Source: an uncultured virus (IMG/VR IMGVR_UViG_3300001041_000010)
Taxonomy: Duplodnaviria; Heunggongvirae; Uroviricota; Caudoviricetes
DNA: 55,365 nt
Strand: one strand, 5' to 3'
IMG/VR virus record: IMGVR_UViG_3300001041_000010
Part shown: piece after piece, positions 46,432-55,365 of the stretch
Numbering within the stretch: the stretch's first letter is position 1
How the letters are laid out: each line of letters starts with the position of its first letter
The notes under the pieces: generated by a model
What the model was told of the DNA's origin: nothing
Databases searched by the model: none
Seen by the model: the letters and a program-made list of their open reading frames with translations, nothing else
Made by a program: the position numbers and the translations under genes

Positions 46432-47055
46432 TTAAAATGGAACATCGTCCAGGGCTCCGGCGCTGAAGGTGTCGCCTGCTAGTGTTTCAGTTGTTCCGAC
46501 GGCTCCGTCTACTTCAACTCCACCTTCAGTTACTGAACTGCCTCCTGTAGAAATTGTAGCTACAAGTCCGCTACCTGAACTAATTTGAGTACCTTCGGGC
46601 ATATCGTCAGCATAGCGCCAATAAATAACTCGGAACTCCCAGCCAGTATAATAAAAGTCTTTAGCTAACGTCTTAGCAAGTTCTGCAGCGTCAAGATTAA
46701 TATCGACGGATTTACCATCGATATTAACTTTAGCCTTAATAATCTTAGGTTTAGTTGGGCTAGGCTGAAGAATAGTAGGCTGCCATTCGCCGATTAAGGC
46801 AACGCGACGTGGTGATGCTACTTTATCGACTGGGCCAAAGACTTCATGGAGTTTATCAGCATTAGCACCAAATGCGACAATCGGAACAAACATGTTATCG
46901 CGAATCTTACGAGCCTCCCCATTAACTACCTTGTCTTGAGGCATGCCATATGGCATATAGAGACTACCGCGAAGTGTATTCCCTTTAGATGGATCTTTAC
47001 TTGAAAACAAAACCAAGTTAGTCGTTTTACCTACGAGTGTGTTAACTTGAAACAT
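46432..47055 (-). CDS. putative single-stranded DNA-binding protein
   Basis: OB-fold-like pattern (NTLVGKTT..FVPIVAFGANAD..VALIGEW), low-complexity linker, acidic tail DDVPF. Confidence 0.7.
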   Translation of the reverse strand: MFQVNTLVGKTTNLVLFSSKDPSKGNTLRGSLYMPYGMPQDKVVNGEARKIRDNMFVPIVAFGANADKLHEVFGPVDKVASPRRVALIGEWQPTILQPSPTKPKIIKAKVNIDGKSVDINLDAAELAKTLAKDFYYTGWEFRVIYWRYADDMPEGTQISSGSGLVATISTGGSSVTEGGVEVDGAVGTTETLAGDTFSAGALDDVPF

Positions 47056-47083
47056 GTTGATTCCTCCTTTAATTTAGTTTAGG

Positions 47084-47308
47084 TTAAGTGAATCCTTTCC
47101 CTTCTTCCCTTTCGGGAAGGGAAGAAGGGAAAGGTGAACTAAGTTTATACTTTCGATACATGAAATCAACACGGGCAAGGGCAATATTCAGTTGTTCAAT
47201 GGCTAAGTCAATATGACTAGGCTCAGCGTTGTCAAAGGCATTGAACGCTACATCACGTTGCGCCAATGCCTCTTCAACTTCCTTGGGCATAGGTTGAATC
47301 ATGAACAC
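47084..47308 (-). CDS. DUF2508/YaaL-like protein
   Basis: AFNAFDNAEPSHIDLAIEQLNIALARVDFMYRKYK. Confidence 0.5.
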   Translation of the reverse strand: MFMIQPMPKEVEEALAQRDVAFNAFDNAEPSHIDLAIEQLNIALARVDFMYRKYKLSSPFPSSLPEREEGKGFT

Positions 47309-47509
47309 CTCATCTCATGTTATTCCAAGAACGATACTGTTCAATAGCGGATTTAATATCCTGCTCAGTCCATGGACGGCTAAGGGTTTTAGTTAACATA
47401 CAAAAGACACCGAGTAGAATTGATACACCAAGGATTGTCATGTTGATCAACTCCTTTAAGTGTGTTTTATTTCCCTTCTCCCGAAGGGAGGAGAGAAGGG
47501 AAATAAACA

Positions 47510-47770
47510 TTAAGCTTTCTTATTAAGGGTGAGAATGCTTAAAACATCGCCAACAAAGTTTACAGCAGAACTGAGTAATTGAACAGGGACGTTAACAACT
47601 TGATTCACAATATTGTTAGGATCAGTATGTGTCAAATTGGCCGTGGCTAATGCCGTTTGTACTGCGGATGTGATTATGGCTTGAAGTTGTTCCTGGGTCA
47701 TTGTGATCGTCTGTGGTATCGGTTGTGGTTCTTTATCACCGTCTTGATCGGTATTACGATCGCGTTCCAT
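47510..47770 (-). CDS. hypothetical protein
   Basis: AAGGAGG RBS. Confidence 0.6.
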   Translation of the reverse strand: MERDRNTDQDGDKEPQPIPQTITMTQEQLQAIITSAVQTALATANLTHTDPNNIVNQVVNVPVQLLSSAVNFVGDVLSILTLNKKA

Positions 47771-47837
47771 GAGTCATTCCTCCTTATTTAATGTAATAAT
47801 CCCTTCCTGCAAAGCAAGGAAGGGATTATGAAATGAC

Positions 47838-48122
47838 TTAGAACATAGGAAAATTAATCTTAGGAAGTAAATCAGCAACTGTTAATGTATAGCCATTCCA
47901 TTGAGCTACTTTAGAATCCACTACAATGGCTATACGATCAACACACTTAATTAAATCCCAATTACTCCAGCCGTTATGTTCGTGAAGTTCAACCAATGCT
48001 TTGATATAAGTCTCAACCTTAGCTTGAAGTTCTGGAGACTGATCGTCCAAATTAGTTTCAACCATTCTCTTAATATAGTCGGTTAAATCCTTATCTGATA
48101 ATGCCATTAACATCTCCTCCAA
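47838..48122 (-). CDS. hypothetical protein
   Basis: ORF track. Confidence 0.6.
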   Translation of the reverse strand: MEEMLMALSDKDLTDYIKRMVETNLDDQSPELQAKVETYIKALVELHEHNGWSNWDLIKCVDRIAIVVDSKVAQWNGYTLTVADLLPKINFPMF

Positions 48123-48129
48123 TCATGAC

Positions 48130-48158
48130 TTGTATTATAGTATTCTAGGTGCTATACT
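48130..48158 (+). promoter_or_regulatory. sigmaA-type promoter TTGTAT-N17-TATACT with extended -10 TG
   Basis: Points into the ~650-nt leader of the only convincing plus-strand gene. Confidence 0.6.
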
Positions 48159-48830
48159 TAAAACATTATCAGGATTGACAATACATAAACAACAAGAACC
48201 CCTCGAACTTGCAATTCGAAGGGCTCTCTCTCAGAATGCAACGCCATGCATTGAGATTTGTTACATAAATTATACCATAGAGTGAACAAGTCTACAAGAG
48301 GCTTTGTGATACTAGGTAAATTTATATAACAAATCTTAAAGCCGGTAGTTGCATAAGCTACCGGCTTTTACTATGCAATAATTGAATAAGTTAGATGTCC
48401 CAGTCCTGACAAGACTGAACCTTATGGTGCGACATCCACGTCAATGTTAGTGGTTTTAAGGGGAATCAAACACACTATAAAAACCCTGGGTAACATTGCA
48501 ACCCTCAGAATCGAGATGCAGTAGCATGTAATAGCGAGTACCTTTACTCTCGCCTGGACCTACGTGCTGGATGGACGGCCGAATAACCGTCTCAAATGGG
48601 CTGGAGGTTTCTGGATGAAGATCAGAGGAGTACACGCATTAAACCCGCTGGGCAGAAATGGCGATGGTAGTGTGCTTGGTAGTAATACCGTAGCTGAGTA
48701 AAGGATATTACATAGGCTCCGAAGAAGTAATAAGGCAATCTCCTGACGCCCGCATATTACTTATTTATGCGGGCGTCAGGAGATAACTATACCCATTCAC
48801 CAAAGAAGTAATAGTTAAGGAGTGTTGATA

Positions 48831-49217
48831 ATGGGTCACAATCCAATGAATAATATTAAATGTAGTACAGGTGAAATTGCACTAACATATCAAGACTATT
48901 TAAACACAGCTCATTGGAAAGCACTAAGGATTCAGGTAGCTGAACGTGATAAGTATACCTGTCAACGATGTAATGGAATCTTTAAGAACTATTTTCATAT
49001 ACATCACAACACTTATAAGAGATTAGGTAAAGAAAAACTATCGGATTTAACCTTCTACTGTAATAAATGTCATTCTGTAATTCATAATGATCGAAAGAAC
49101 AAACGTGGTTTCAATAGATCATATAGTGCTATAATATCTCAAAAGATGTCTAAGATGAACGAAGAACAAATTGAGCTTGTACTAATTTACATAGACAAGC
49201 TCAATTCAGAACGATAG
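48831..49217 (+). CDS. HNH endonuclease
   Basis: YQDYLNTAHWKALR..ERDKYTCQRC..HIHHNTYKRLGKEKLSDL..CNKCH; AAGGAG RBS. Confidence 0.88.
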   Translation: MGHNPMNNIKCSTGEIALTYQDYLNTAHWKALRIQVAERDKYTCQRCNGIFKNYFHIHHNTYKRLGKEKLSDLTFYCNKCHSVIHNDRKNKRGFNRSYSAIISQKMSKMNEEQIELVLIYIDKLNSER

Positions 49218-49218
49218 C

Positions 49219-50955
49219 CTACGCTGATCTTAATGCTAAGACAGAATCAAGAATCTCGTTATCAAGAATCTTATCAGGTTTAGACATCGCTACGGAATAA
49301 GCAAGTCTGATACAGTTCTTAATATCCCGTCCATTGAGTTTATAATCAGCAAGCGTACTAACACGAGAGAAGACCTCATCATGAATTACGATATCAAGAG
49401 CGTCTGCTTTATAAAGCAGACTTCTCCAAATAGTCGCTCTCTCTATACTAGAGAGTTCAGCATATTCAATAGTAGCCGTGGCTCTGCTCTTGAAGGCTTC
49501 GTCGAGATTGTCAATCAGATTTGTTGTCATAAACAATATCCCATTGAATCTCTCAAGCAGACGGAGTAATATAGCCGTCATAGCATTTCTTTGAATGTCA
49601 GCACCGAGTCGCTTAACGGCGAAGACATCGACTTCATCGAGTAATACTATAGCATTCCAGCTAATGGCGATATCCATGATATTAGACAAACTCGATTCCA
49701 TGGATTCTGGTGATACGCCAAGATCTCCTACAGAAACATAATAGATCGGCATCCGTAAGAACTCTGCAACGGATTCAGCCGTCATTGTTTTGCCGCAGCC
49801 CGGAGGGCCATAAAGCAAGAAGATCTTACCGTTACCTTTTCCTTCGATACTATCAAGAGAAGGCATGTTATTTGTTAGACTAGATAAGAAGATACTCTTG
49901 TATGTGGCTGGAACAATCAATTCATCGAACGCTGTATCTGAAAACACAATATCCTTGATGCTATCGATTTTCATTCGTAACCAGTCTTTGGTCGTAAAGG
50001 AGAATCCGAAGACAATCGGTGATGCCATCCATAGATCAGTTTCAGGAATAGATTGTATTACACCATCGTCATCATCGAATGGGTCTCCAGTGTACCACTC
50101 GTCATCAAGACTAGAGTTAAGAACTCTCATGGCATTAATATCAACCATGACTCGACCATCGACCTTAGTTCGGATGTCGCCAAACCATGAACCAGGCCTA
50201 AATGCAAAGTCATTATAGCTACAATACGACGGTTCTTTAGTATACTTAACATAAGTTCTTCCACGTTCTGTTAATCTAGCCTTGATTTCTAGAGTAATGG
50301 GTGTTAGTCCGATATCTTCGAGCTTGCTGGCATGATCTTTAAAGGGTAAATCAAATTCAGCCAGATTCTTAACGTAGCCGTCTTTACCCTTTGAGATAAT
50401 ATTGATTGACAATATTAATCTCATAGAGAATATGTTTCTACGAAGCATGATCTCGTCTAATGTACCGGAATACTCACATCCTTCTTCATCCTTAAATAAT
50501 ATTTCAAGGTTTTTGTCCTTATTGGCTATGTTGATAAAGAGCGGAATAGGTACCGGACGCGTGATGTCTGCTAATTTGTTAATGTCTTTAAACTTTGACT
50601 TAAAGTAACAATAACAAATATAACACATGACTAACATTTGATTGCCGTCGTCACTTTCATCAAATTTGTCATCGATTGTAGCTGATTTTAATCTTTCAGC
50701 GCGGTACTCAACCCAGCTAAAGGAATCCGACGTATGAATTGACAAGAGAATATCCATAGAAGAGATTTTAACGGTCCCTGTTCTCGTTATGATATCGGCA
50801 TTATATAAACGCCTGGAAATTTCGTTTCTGACCTCAAACATAAGCTCATTATCCTCAAGTGACATTGAAAATAAATCATGAGATAGAGCTAATATTTGCT
50901 CTGTACAATCAGTCGTTTTGAGTAATATGTCTTCTACTGAATCTGTTTTAAACAA
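49219..50955 (-). CDS. AAA+ ATPase
   Basis: GKGNGKIFLLYGPPGCGKTMTAESVAE, LLDEVD, LFMTTN..LDEAFKSR, NGRDIKN. Confidence 0.9.
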   Translation of the reverse strand: MFKTDSVEDILLKTTDCTEQILALSHDLFSMSLEDNELMFEVRNEISRRLYNADIITRTGTVKISSMDILLSIHTSDSFSWVEYRAERLKSATIDDKFDESDDGNQMLVMCYICYCYFKSKFKDINKLADITRPVPIPLFINIANKDKNLEILFKDEEGCEYSGTLDEIMLRRNIFSMRLILSINIISKGKDGYVKNLAEFDLPFKDHASKLEDIGLTPITLEIKARLTERGRTYVKYTKEPSYCSYNDFAFRPGSWFGDIRTKVDGRVMVDINAMRVLNSSLDDEWYTGDPFDDDDGVIQSIPETDLWMASPIVFGFSFTTKDWLRMKIDSIKDIVFSDTAFDELIVPATYKSIFLSSLTNNMPSLDSIEGKGNGKIFLLYGPPGCGKTMTAESVAEFLRMPIYYVSVGDLGVSPESMESSLSNIMDIAISWNAIVLLDEVDVFAVKRLGADIQRNAMTAILLRLLERFNGILFMTTNLIDNLDEAFKSRATATIEYAELSSIERATIWRSLLYKADALDIVIHDEVFSRVSTLADYKLNGRDIKNCIRLAYSVAMSKPDKILDNEILDSVLALRSA

Positions 50956-50969
50956 GATAATCTTCCTCC

Positions 50970-51701
50970 TTATAATAATACCTTACGGTATTTGTCTCGT
51001 AATTTGGATTCAAGACCACAGCGATTACAATCACCATACTTCATATCACGAATATGATTAATAATCGTTACGGGATCGTCTGTGATGTGGCCTATAATAA
51101 AGCACTGATCGGCTTCACCGGCATGGATATAACCATTGTAGTCAATCGAAGGATTACAGAACTTTAACAGCTTTCTCTCAAGATAAGCTATAAGCTCAGG
51201 CATGGTTGATACCGCATTACTTCGAACTAAAGACCTAAGATTAAAGCACTTAGGTCCCAATTGATTACCCGTAGGAATGTTATTAACAACGGCACGACCT
51301 AATGGATAAATACTACGGATCTTGTGTTCATAAGTCAGAAGCTTGTGCTTTATAATCGGAATCTTTAGTGGATAGTATTGCGGATCATTGGTTATTTGTA
51401 GGTCAATGCCTAGATTAAGAACCTTAGCAGTTAACTCTGGATCACGTAGAAACATACCATTACTTAAGATAAGTAATCTGGTTGATGGAATCATCTCCTG
51501 GAATGTTTCCATGATGTCAATAAAGTCCGGGTGTTCGGTTGGTTCTCCGCCTGAAACCAGTAAGACGAGCGGAGTACTAATACTCAAGAACTTAACAAGC
51601 TCTTTAAGTGTATCAGCCGTCATATGGTCTTCTTCTGGCCCAGCATTAATAAAACAATGCGAACATCCCATATGACATTGATTTGTGATTCTTACTAACA
51701 C
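50970..51701 (-). CDS. radical SAM protein
   Basis: ITNQCHMGCSHC (CxxxCxxC), SGGEPTEHP, SNG. Confidence 0.9.
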   Translation of the reverse strand: MLVRITNQCHMGCSHCFINAGPEEDHMTADTLKELVKFLSISTPLVLLVSGGEPTEHPDFIDIMETFQEMIPSTRLLILSNGMFLRDPELTAKVLNLGIDLQITNDPQYYPLKIPIIKHKLLTYEHKIRSIYPLGRAVVNNIPTGNQLGPKCFNLRSLVRSNAVSTMPELIAYLERKLLKFCNPSIDYNGYIHAGEADQCFIIGHITDDPVTIINHIRDMKYGDCNRCGLESKLRDKYRKVLL

Positions 51702-51713
51702 AGCATCAACTCC

Positions 51714-51935
51714 TTACTCAAATGTCTTGGCTTCACGATCGTCTGGTTCTTTAAGTAAATCATAGTCTTCACGCTTCTCGTCAGAGACTTCAGGGTTCTT
51801 ACTACAATACATCCAGCAGCCACCGCATGCTCTAACGGCATCCATTGAACAAATGGCCTGACACATGCATTTATTCGAAGCGCAATCACCATCGTCATCA
51901 GCACACTGATGATAGTTTACTTGATTTTGATTCAT
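51714..51935 (-). CDS. small Cys-rich protein
   Basis: 8 Cys within ~35 aa; GGGAGG RBS. Confidence 0.65.
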   Translation of the reverse strand: MNQNQVNYHQCADDDGDCASNKCMCQAICSMDAVRACGGCWMYCSKNPEVSDEKREDYDLLKEPDDREAKTFE

Positions 51936-52150
51936 AACTTATCCTCCCTCTTCTTGAGCATAATATTGAATAAAGAATATTTCACATAACAGTCTGTCAT
52001 GCTATTGAATATTTCTTCTAAAACTGATAGATCATCATCAGCATGATCCTTAACGATCTGCTTGAGCTCTTTTTCAAGCAGATCGCGTTGAACTTGAATT
52101 TCGTCCATCTTAGTAGAAATATCAGCAACTTGTTTTAAAATATCATCCAA
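51932..52150 (-). CDS. hypothetical protein
   Basis: AAGGAGG RBS. Confidence 0.65.
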   Translation of the reverse strand: MDDILKQVADISTKMDEIQVQRDLLEKELKQIVKDHADDDLSVLEEIFNSMTDCYVKYSLFNIMLKKREDKL

Positions 52151-52162
52151 GATTAGTCCTCC

Positions 52163-52627
52163 TTAAATAACATTATGCATGAATCTAAAGACATAACCTC
52201 GTAAATGTGGAACCCAGATCGTACCCATGAATTCAGGTGCTGGTATGGCTTTACAACGCCACTCTTGATTCACTGGTATGATAACAACTAAGTTTTCATT
52301 ATTGCAATCAGCAATGGCTCTAATCTGCCAGTCTTTACCATCATGATCAACCCAGATCTCATCAACTTGTGGAACAGCACGAACAATATTACCAGTACTT
52401 AAAACAACTGGCGACGTTGCAATAGAACCCGATCGATTATAAAACAGGTTATTAATTTCTTGCTGAGTCACATGAATCGTAGGATCTGTCCTCTTAAACC
52501 AATCAAGCTCAACACAACGATTAGGACAATGAGCTTCACGTTTAGGCGGCATACTTTCTAGATTAACTTCATAAAACTTAGACTTACAACCAGGACATAT
52601 TAGCCTTACTTCATCCATGATTATCAC
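52163..52627 (-). CDS. hypothetical protein
   Basis: ORF track. Confidence 0.65.
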   Translation of the reverse strand: MIIMDEVRLICPGCKSKFYEVNLESMPPKREAHCPNRCVELDWFKRTDPTIHVTQQEINNLFYNRSGSIATSPVVLSTGNIVRAVPQVDEIWVDHDGKDWQIRAIADCNNENLVVIIPVNQEWRCKAIPAPEFMGTIWVPHLRGYVFRFMHNVI

Positions 52628-52977
52628 CAGCCAATCATAATCTTAGGCGGTTTAGGCATTTCTTGATCTTGAACTTTCCACAAGTGAAGACAATAAGGAT
52701 GCATATTAACATAATCGGATTTAGCCGGATGATACTGAACAACGCACTCATCTTCTAAGAAGAATAGGCCTTTGATATAACACATCTCTTCCCAAGTTAA
52801 GCAACGATTAGATAAACTAACAGAAACATGATCCCAGCCCATGCCCCAGCTAAATACTACCAAAGCCTCTTCTTTAGATTCTGGGAGAATTATATTAGCA
52901 ATTCCTCCCTCTCCTAATTGTGATGCGGTTACGACCTGAATGAGTGAATCACTTTTGATTTGCTCTAAGGTTTTAAT
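52624..52977 (-). CDS. phage protein with GWDHVSVS..WEEMC..QYHP..HPYCLHLW motifs, ATT start
   Basis: Frame open upstream of the track ORF to an ATT preceded by AAGGAGGAG; in-frame TAA just upstream. Confidence 0.75.
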   Translation of the reverse strand: MKTLEQIKSDSLIQVVTASQLGEGGIANIILPESKEEALVVFSWGMGWDHVSVSLSNRCLTWEEMCYIKGLFFLEDECVVQYHPAKSDYVNMHPYCLHLWKVQDQEMPKPPKIMIGW

Positions 52978-53477
52978 ATTGACTCCTCCTTATGATATCG
53001 ATATAAGCTTTCAACGTCTGGATCCTGAGTTACTGAACCATCATAGATAACAAAGGTCTTAAATAAAGCACCACCAAGTCTCACGATCTCAGCCTTAACG
53101 GCGTTTCGAGTCTTACCGGAATAAAAGCTGTCATCAATAAAGATAAAGGCACGATCTTTAATTAGGTCTTTGAGATAAGTTAATCGATCAATTGGTATAC
53201 CCTTACGCATACCACCATTAACAACGATTATGGGCAAAGATTCATAAATACCAGGTTCAGTTATATGCCAATTATCAAAGAACCGACCAAATTTACCAGA
53301 GACAATAAATGCCGGAGATTCAAGACGAGATTCAACAATCCAAAAGTAAGCTTTCTTATAGATCTGATTTACAATAGGATTTTGCTGTACGGCTTGATCT
53401 AGGTGATTGAAAAACTCTTCTCCGCCTTGATGCTTCTCAAGCATTTCTTTAACGATTAGATCCAGTTCATTTTGCAT
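52965..53477 (-). CDS. phosphoribosyltransferase-like protein
   Basis: PRPP-binding motif FIFIDDSFYSGKT. Confidence 0.7.
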   Translation of the reverse strand: MQNELDLIVKEMLEKHQGGEEFFNHLDQAVQQNPIVNQIYKKAYFWIVESRLESPAFIVSGKFGRFFDNWHITEPGIYESLPIIVVNGGMRKGIPIDRLTYLKDLIKDRAFIFIDDSFYSGKTRNAVKAEIVRLGGALFKTFVIYDGSVTQDPDVESLYRYHKEESILKP

Positions 53478-53799
53478 TGGCTTTCTCTCGCTTTCTCAAA
53501 TAATAACGTAGAGTAGCTAGGCCATTAAGTAAATGACCTTCACTTAAATCTGGAGTATTAACAAATTCTTCTAATGAACGATGTTTGTTTGCATCATACC
53601 AAGAACAAACATCGTTCATATTGTCCATCTCATCCTTACCGGCTACAAAGATAAAGGACACAATAGTTACAATACCAATTAAAACAGAACTATGAATACA
53701 ATAACGTACAGGAATAACATTGTACTCCAATAATATTAAAGAACTAATCATTGCGACTATAAAGCCGACAGTAACTTTAGCGCCTCTCATTGTCATCAT
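53467..53799 (-). CDS. membrane protein
   Basis: Two TM helices; GGGAGG RBS before MMTMRG. Confidence 0.6.
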   Translation of the reverse strand: MMTMRGAKVTVGFIVAMISSLILLEYNVIPVRYCIHSSVLIGIVTIVSFIFVAGKDEMDNMNDVCSWYDANKHRSLEEFVNTPDLSEGHLLNGLATLRYYLRKREKANAK

Positions 53800-54013
53800 G
53801 CCTCCCGTATATTTCACGATACTTAGATGCATGTTTATAAAAATCAACGTACGTGGCGATAACCATAAGTATAATCGCCACGACAACGACGATCACAACA
53901 AAGTTAATTAAGAAACTAGGTGTAACAATATCACGACCCATGAGAAAACCTATGAATAATTGGATTGGTAACATGCACGCAGTTAGGATCACTACCTTGG
54001 TCTTATAATCCAT
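53777..54013 (-). CDS. membrane protein
   Basis: Two TM helices. Confidence 0.6.
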   Translation of the reverse strand: MDYKTKVVILTACMLPIQLFIGFLMGRDIVTPSFLINFVVIVVVVAIILMVIATYVDFYKHASKYREIYGRHDDNERR

Positions 54014-54404
54014 CGCTAATCACATGCTTATAGAGTCCATTAAAGGATCCTGCTGGATAATACTGACTACTAAACTCTCTATACTCTCGCTTGGCCCATT
54101 CTTCAGACAAATCACGAGTCACGACGACCCAATCATTATTCTGCCAGCCGTCGCGAATAATATCTTGATTACTAACAATAGCTTGCTTAAAGGCATCACC
54201 CATCCATAAGCGAGCATGACCAACATTAACTTCGCCACCATAGGCCCATTTACCACTTGATTTAAACCAATCAACACGGATCACAAGATCTGGTTTAGAT
54301 TTTTTAACAGGCTCAACAACAAGAGTAGCAATAAAGGACTCTACTACTCCTTGGGCCGGACTAGGGCTAAACATAGCCTTATCTATGATAAACGCCTCCT
54401 TCAC
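54003..54404 (-). CDS. hypothetical protein
   Basis: VDWFKSSGKWAY motif. Confidence 0.65.
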   Translation of the reverse strand: MKEAFIIDKAMFSPSPAQGVVESFIATLVVEPVKKSKPDLVIRVDWFKSSGKWAYGGEVNVGHARLWMGDAFKQAIVSNQDIIRDGWQNNDWVVVTRDLSEEWAKREYREFSSQYYPAGSFNGLYKHVISDGL

Positions 54405-54588
54405 TTTCGAATCTGTGCATAACGCTTAATAACTCACAATATTCACCACCATGAATCCTGTAAAGACTGCTTTTATAAACCTCCTCCCAATTACCAGTTT
54501 CTTTGGCTTTCACAATTCGCTTAATGTCGGTCTGCTTAGTATAGCTTGGTGTACGTTTTGACCTAATTAGATCTAAGACTTGCTTCAT
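54379..54588 (-). CDS. hypothetical protein
   Basis: AAGGAGG RBS. Confidence 0.6.
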   Translation of the reverse strand: MKQVLDLIRSKRTPSYTKQTDIKRIVKAKETGNWEEVYKSSLYRIHGGEYCELLSVMHRFESEGGVYHR

Positions 54589-54762
54589 ATATTACCTCCT
54601 TTGAGGTTAATTCGTAAAAGAATAGCCTAATATAGTATTACACTTTGTAATGCAAACTATACTAAGCCAATTAAGGTGTGGGTCTAGCTTATAGTTTGGA
54701 CAAATTATATTCCAAACTATAAGCAAAAGCCACATCGCAAGCACTCGGAATAACCGGTGATC

Positions 54763-54810
54763 AAAAAAAGGGGAGCGTAGCCTATGACAAGATAGGCTAC
54801 GCTCCCCTTT
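54763..54810 (-). terminator. strong intrinsic terminator
   Basis: Long GC-rich inverted repeat followed by a T7 tract on the minus strand. Confidence 0.8.
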
Positions 54811-55049
54811 ATATTATGAGGATAACTTAGTGAGTATACAATCTAATAATTAAGTTGTCAACTATGGATCATGCCATGTTAGCTCAACCCATGTATTGCG
54901 TTGCTTACGCTTAGGCATGACTTTCAAAAACGGAGCAATAACCCATTTAGCAAACAGATCAATCGAAATGTTAAACACCTGGATAAAATCATAGTAACAC
55001 CAATGAGTATGACAATCACAATAATCATATGTTCCCATGGAATTCCTCC

Positions 55050-55334
55050 TTAAATTAAAGAATGCGGTTCACATTTGTCTGACGAGATACCTTCAACTCT
55101 AGGTGGAACAACTCCCAATGCAACGTCAATCATATTCGTTAAATTAACAATACGTAAAGCAGATCCTTCTTTAAACTTAGGATCACATCCACAACCACGA
55201 TAGTTTTTAACAACATCAGGACAATTTAAACACGTAGGATTAAGTAAACATCGAAGGTCAATAAGATCTTCTTTATCAGCATTAACCGTTAACCTAAACA
55301 TAATTTGCTCTATAATGGCTTTCACTGATATCAA
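55050..55334 (-). CDS. hypothetical protein
   Basis: ORF track; AGGAG RBS. Confidence 0.55.
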   Translation of the reverse strand: MISVKAIIEQIMFRLTVNADKEDLIDLRCLLNPTCLNCPDVVKNYRGCGCDPKFKEGSALRIVNLTNMIDVALGVVPPRVEGISSDKCEPHSLI

Positions 55335-55365
55335 CTCCTATATTTAGTTTTCTTTGCCCTGTCTC

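Noticed and set aside
48427..49217. Group II intron starting at GTGCG
   Set aside because: No domain V/VI consensus and no reverse transcriptase; the downstream ORF is a bare HNH.
4346..54209. Numerous 60-120-aa plus-strand and alternate-frame ORFs in the track
   Set aside because: They are shadows of well-supported minus-strand genes.
54863..55039. Possible frameshifted small membrane-protein gene
   Set aside because: Two overlapping short frames are both plausible and cannot be resolved without homologues.
1..55365. Genome-wide stop-codon reassignment (UGA or UAG)
   Set aside because: Many genes end cleanly at TGA or TAG with ATGA/GTGA overlaps, and long genes are intact under code 11. 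Only the UGA at 24091 looks recoded.

Overview
A 55-kb segment of a large tailed-phage genome, most likely infecting a Firmicute (AGGAGG ribosome-binding sites, frequent TTG/GTG starts, sigmaA-type extended -10 promoters). The host is inferred to be an anaerobe that uses selenocysteine. Almost all genes are on the minus strand. Replication and repair genes include dnaE (truncated at the window edge, ATT start), family-4 UDG, a SNF2 helicase, a WGR-fused ATP-dependent ligase, recJ, thyX, an SSB-like protein and a Nudix hydrolase. Other genes include groES, a RavA/ViaA-like AAA+/vWA pair, an SPFH protein, a BRO/KilAC antirepressor, a radical SAM enzyme, two HNH nucleases and many small ORFs. The most unusual region is a non-coding-RNA-rich island at about 30.0-38.1 kb. 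It holds (1) a stand-alone RAMP/Cas7-like gene followed at once by a ~580-nt non-coding array of NGY-NN pentamers, a candidate non-CRISPR RNA-guided system; (2) about a dozen tRNA-like genes whose anticodon arms are replaced or distorted; (3) an identical 11-nt hairpin loop, GGAAGUUUAUG, displayed by four RNAs; (4) a tmRNA with a tRNA-like element nested inside it; and (5) a tandem array of H-type pseudoknots resembling type III antitoxin decoys. Outside the island are a probable phage selenoprotein (in-frame UGA with a SECIS-like hairpin) and a C-terminal tag, (L/Y)xExGRxxIxDIxIP(D/E), shared by about 10 otherwise unrelated small proteins. All protein family calls come from motif recognition by eye, not from database searches.
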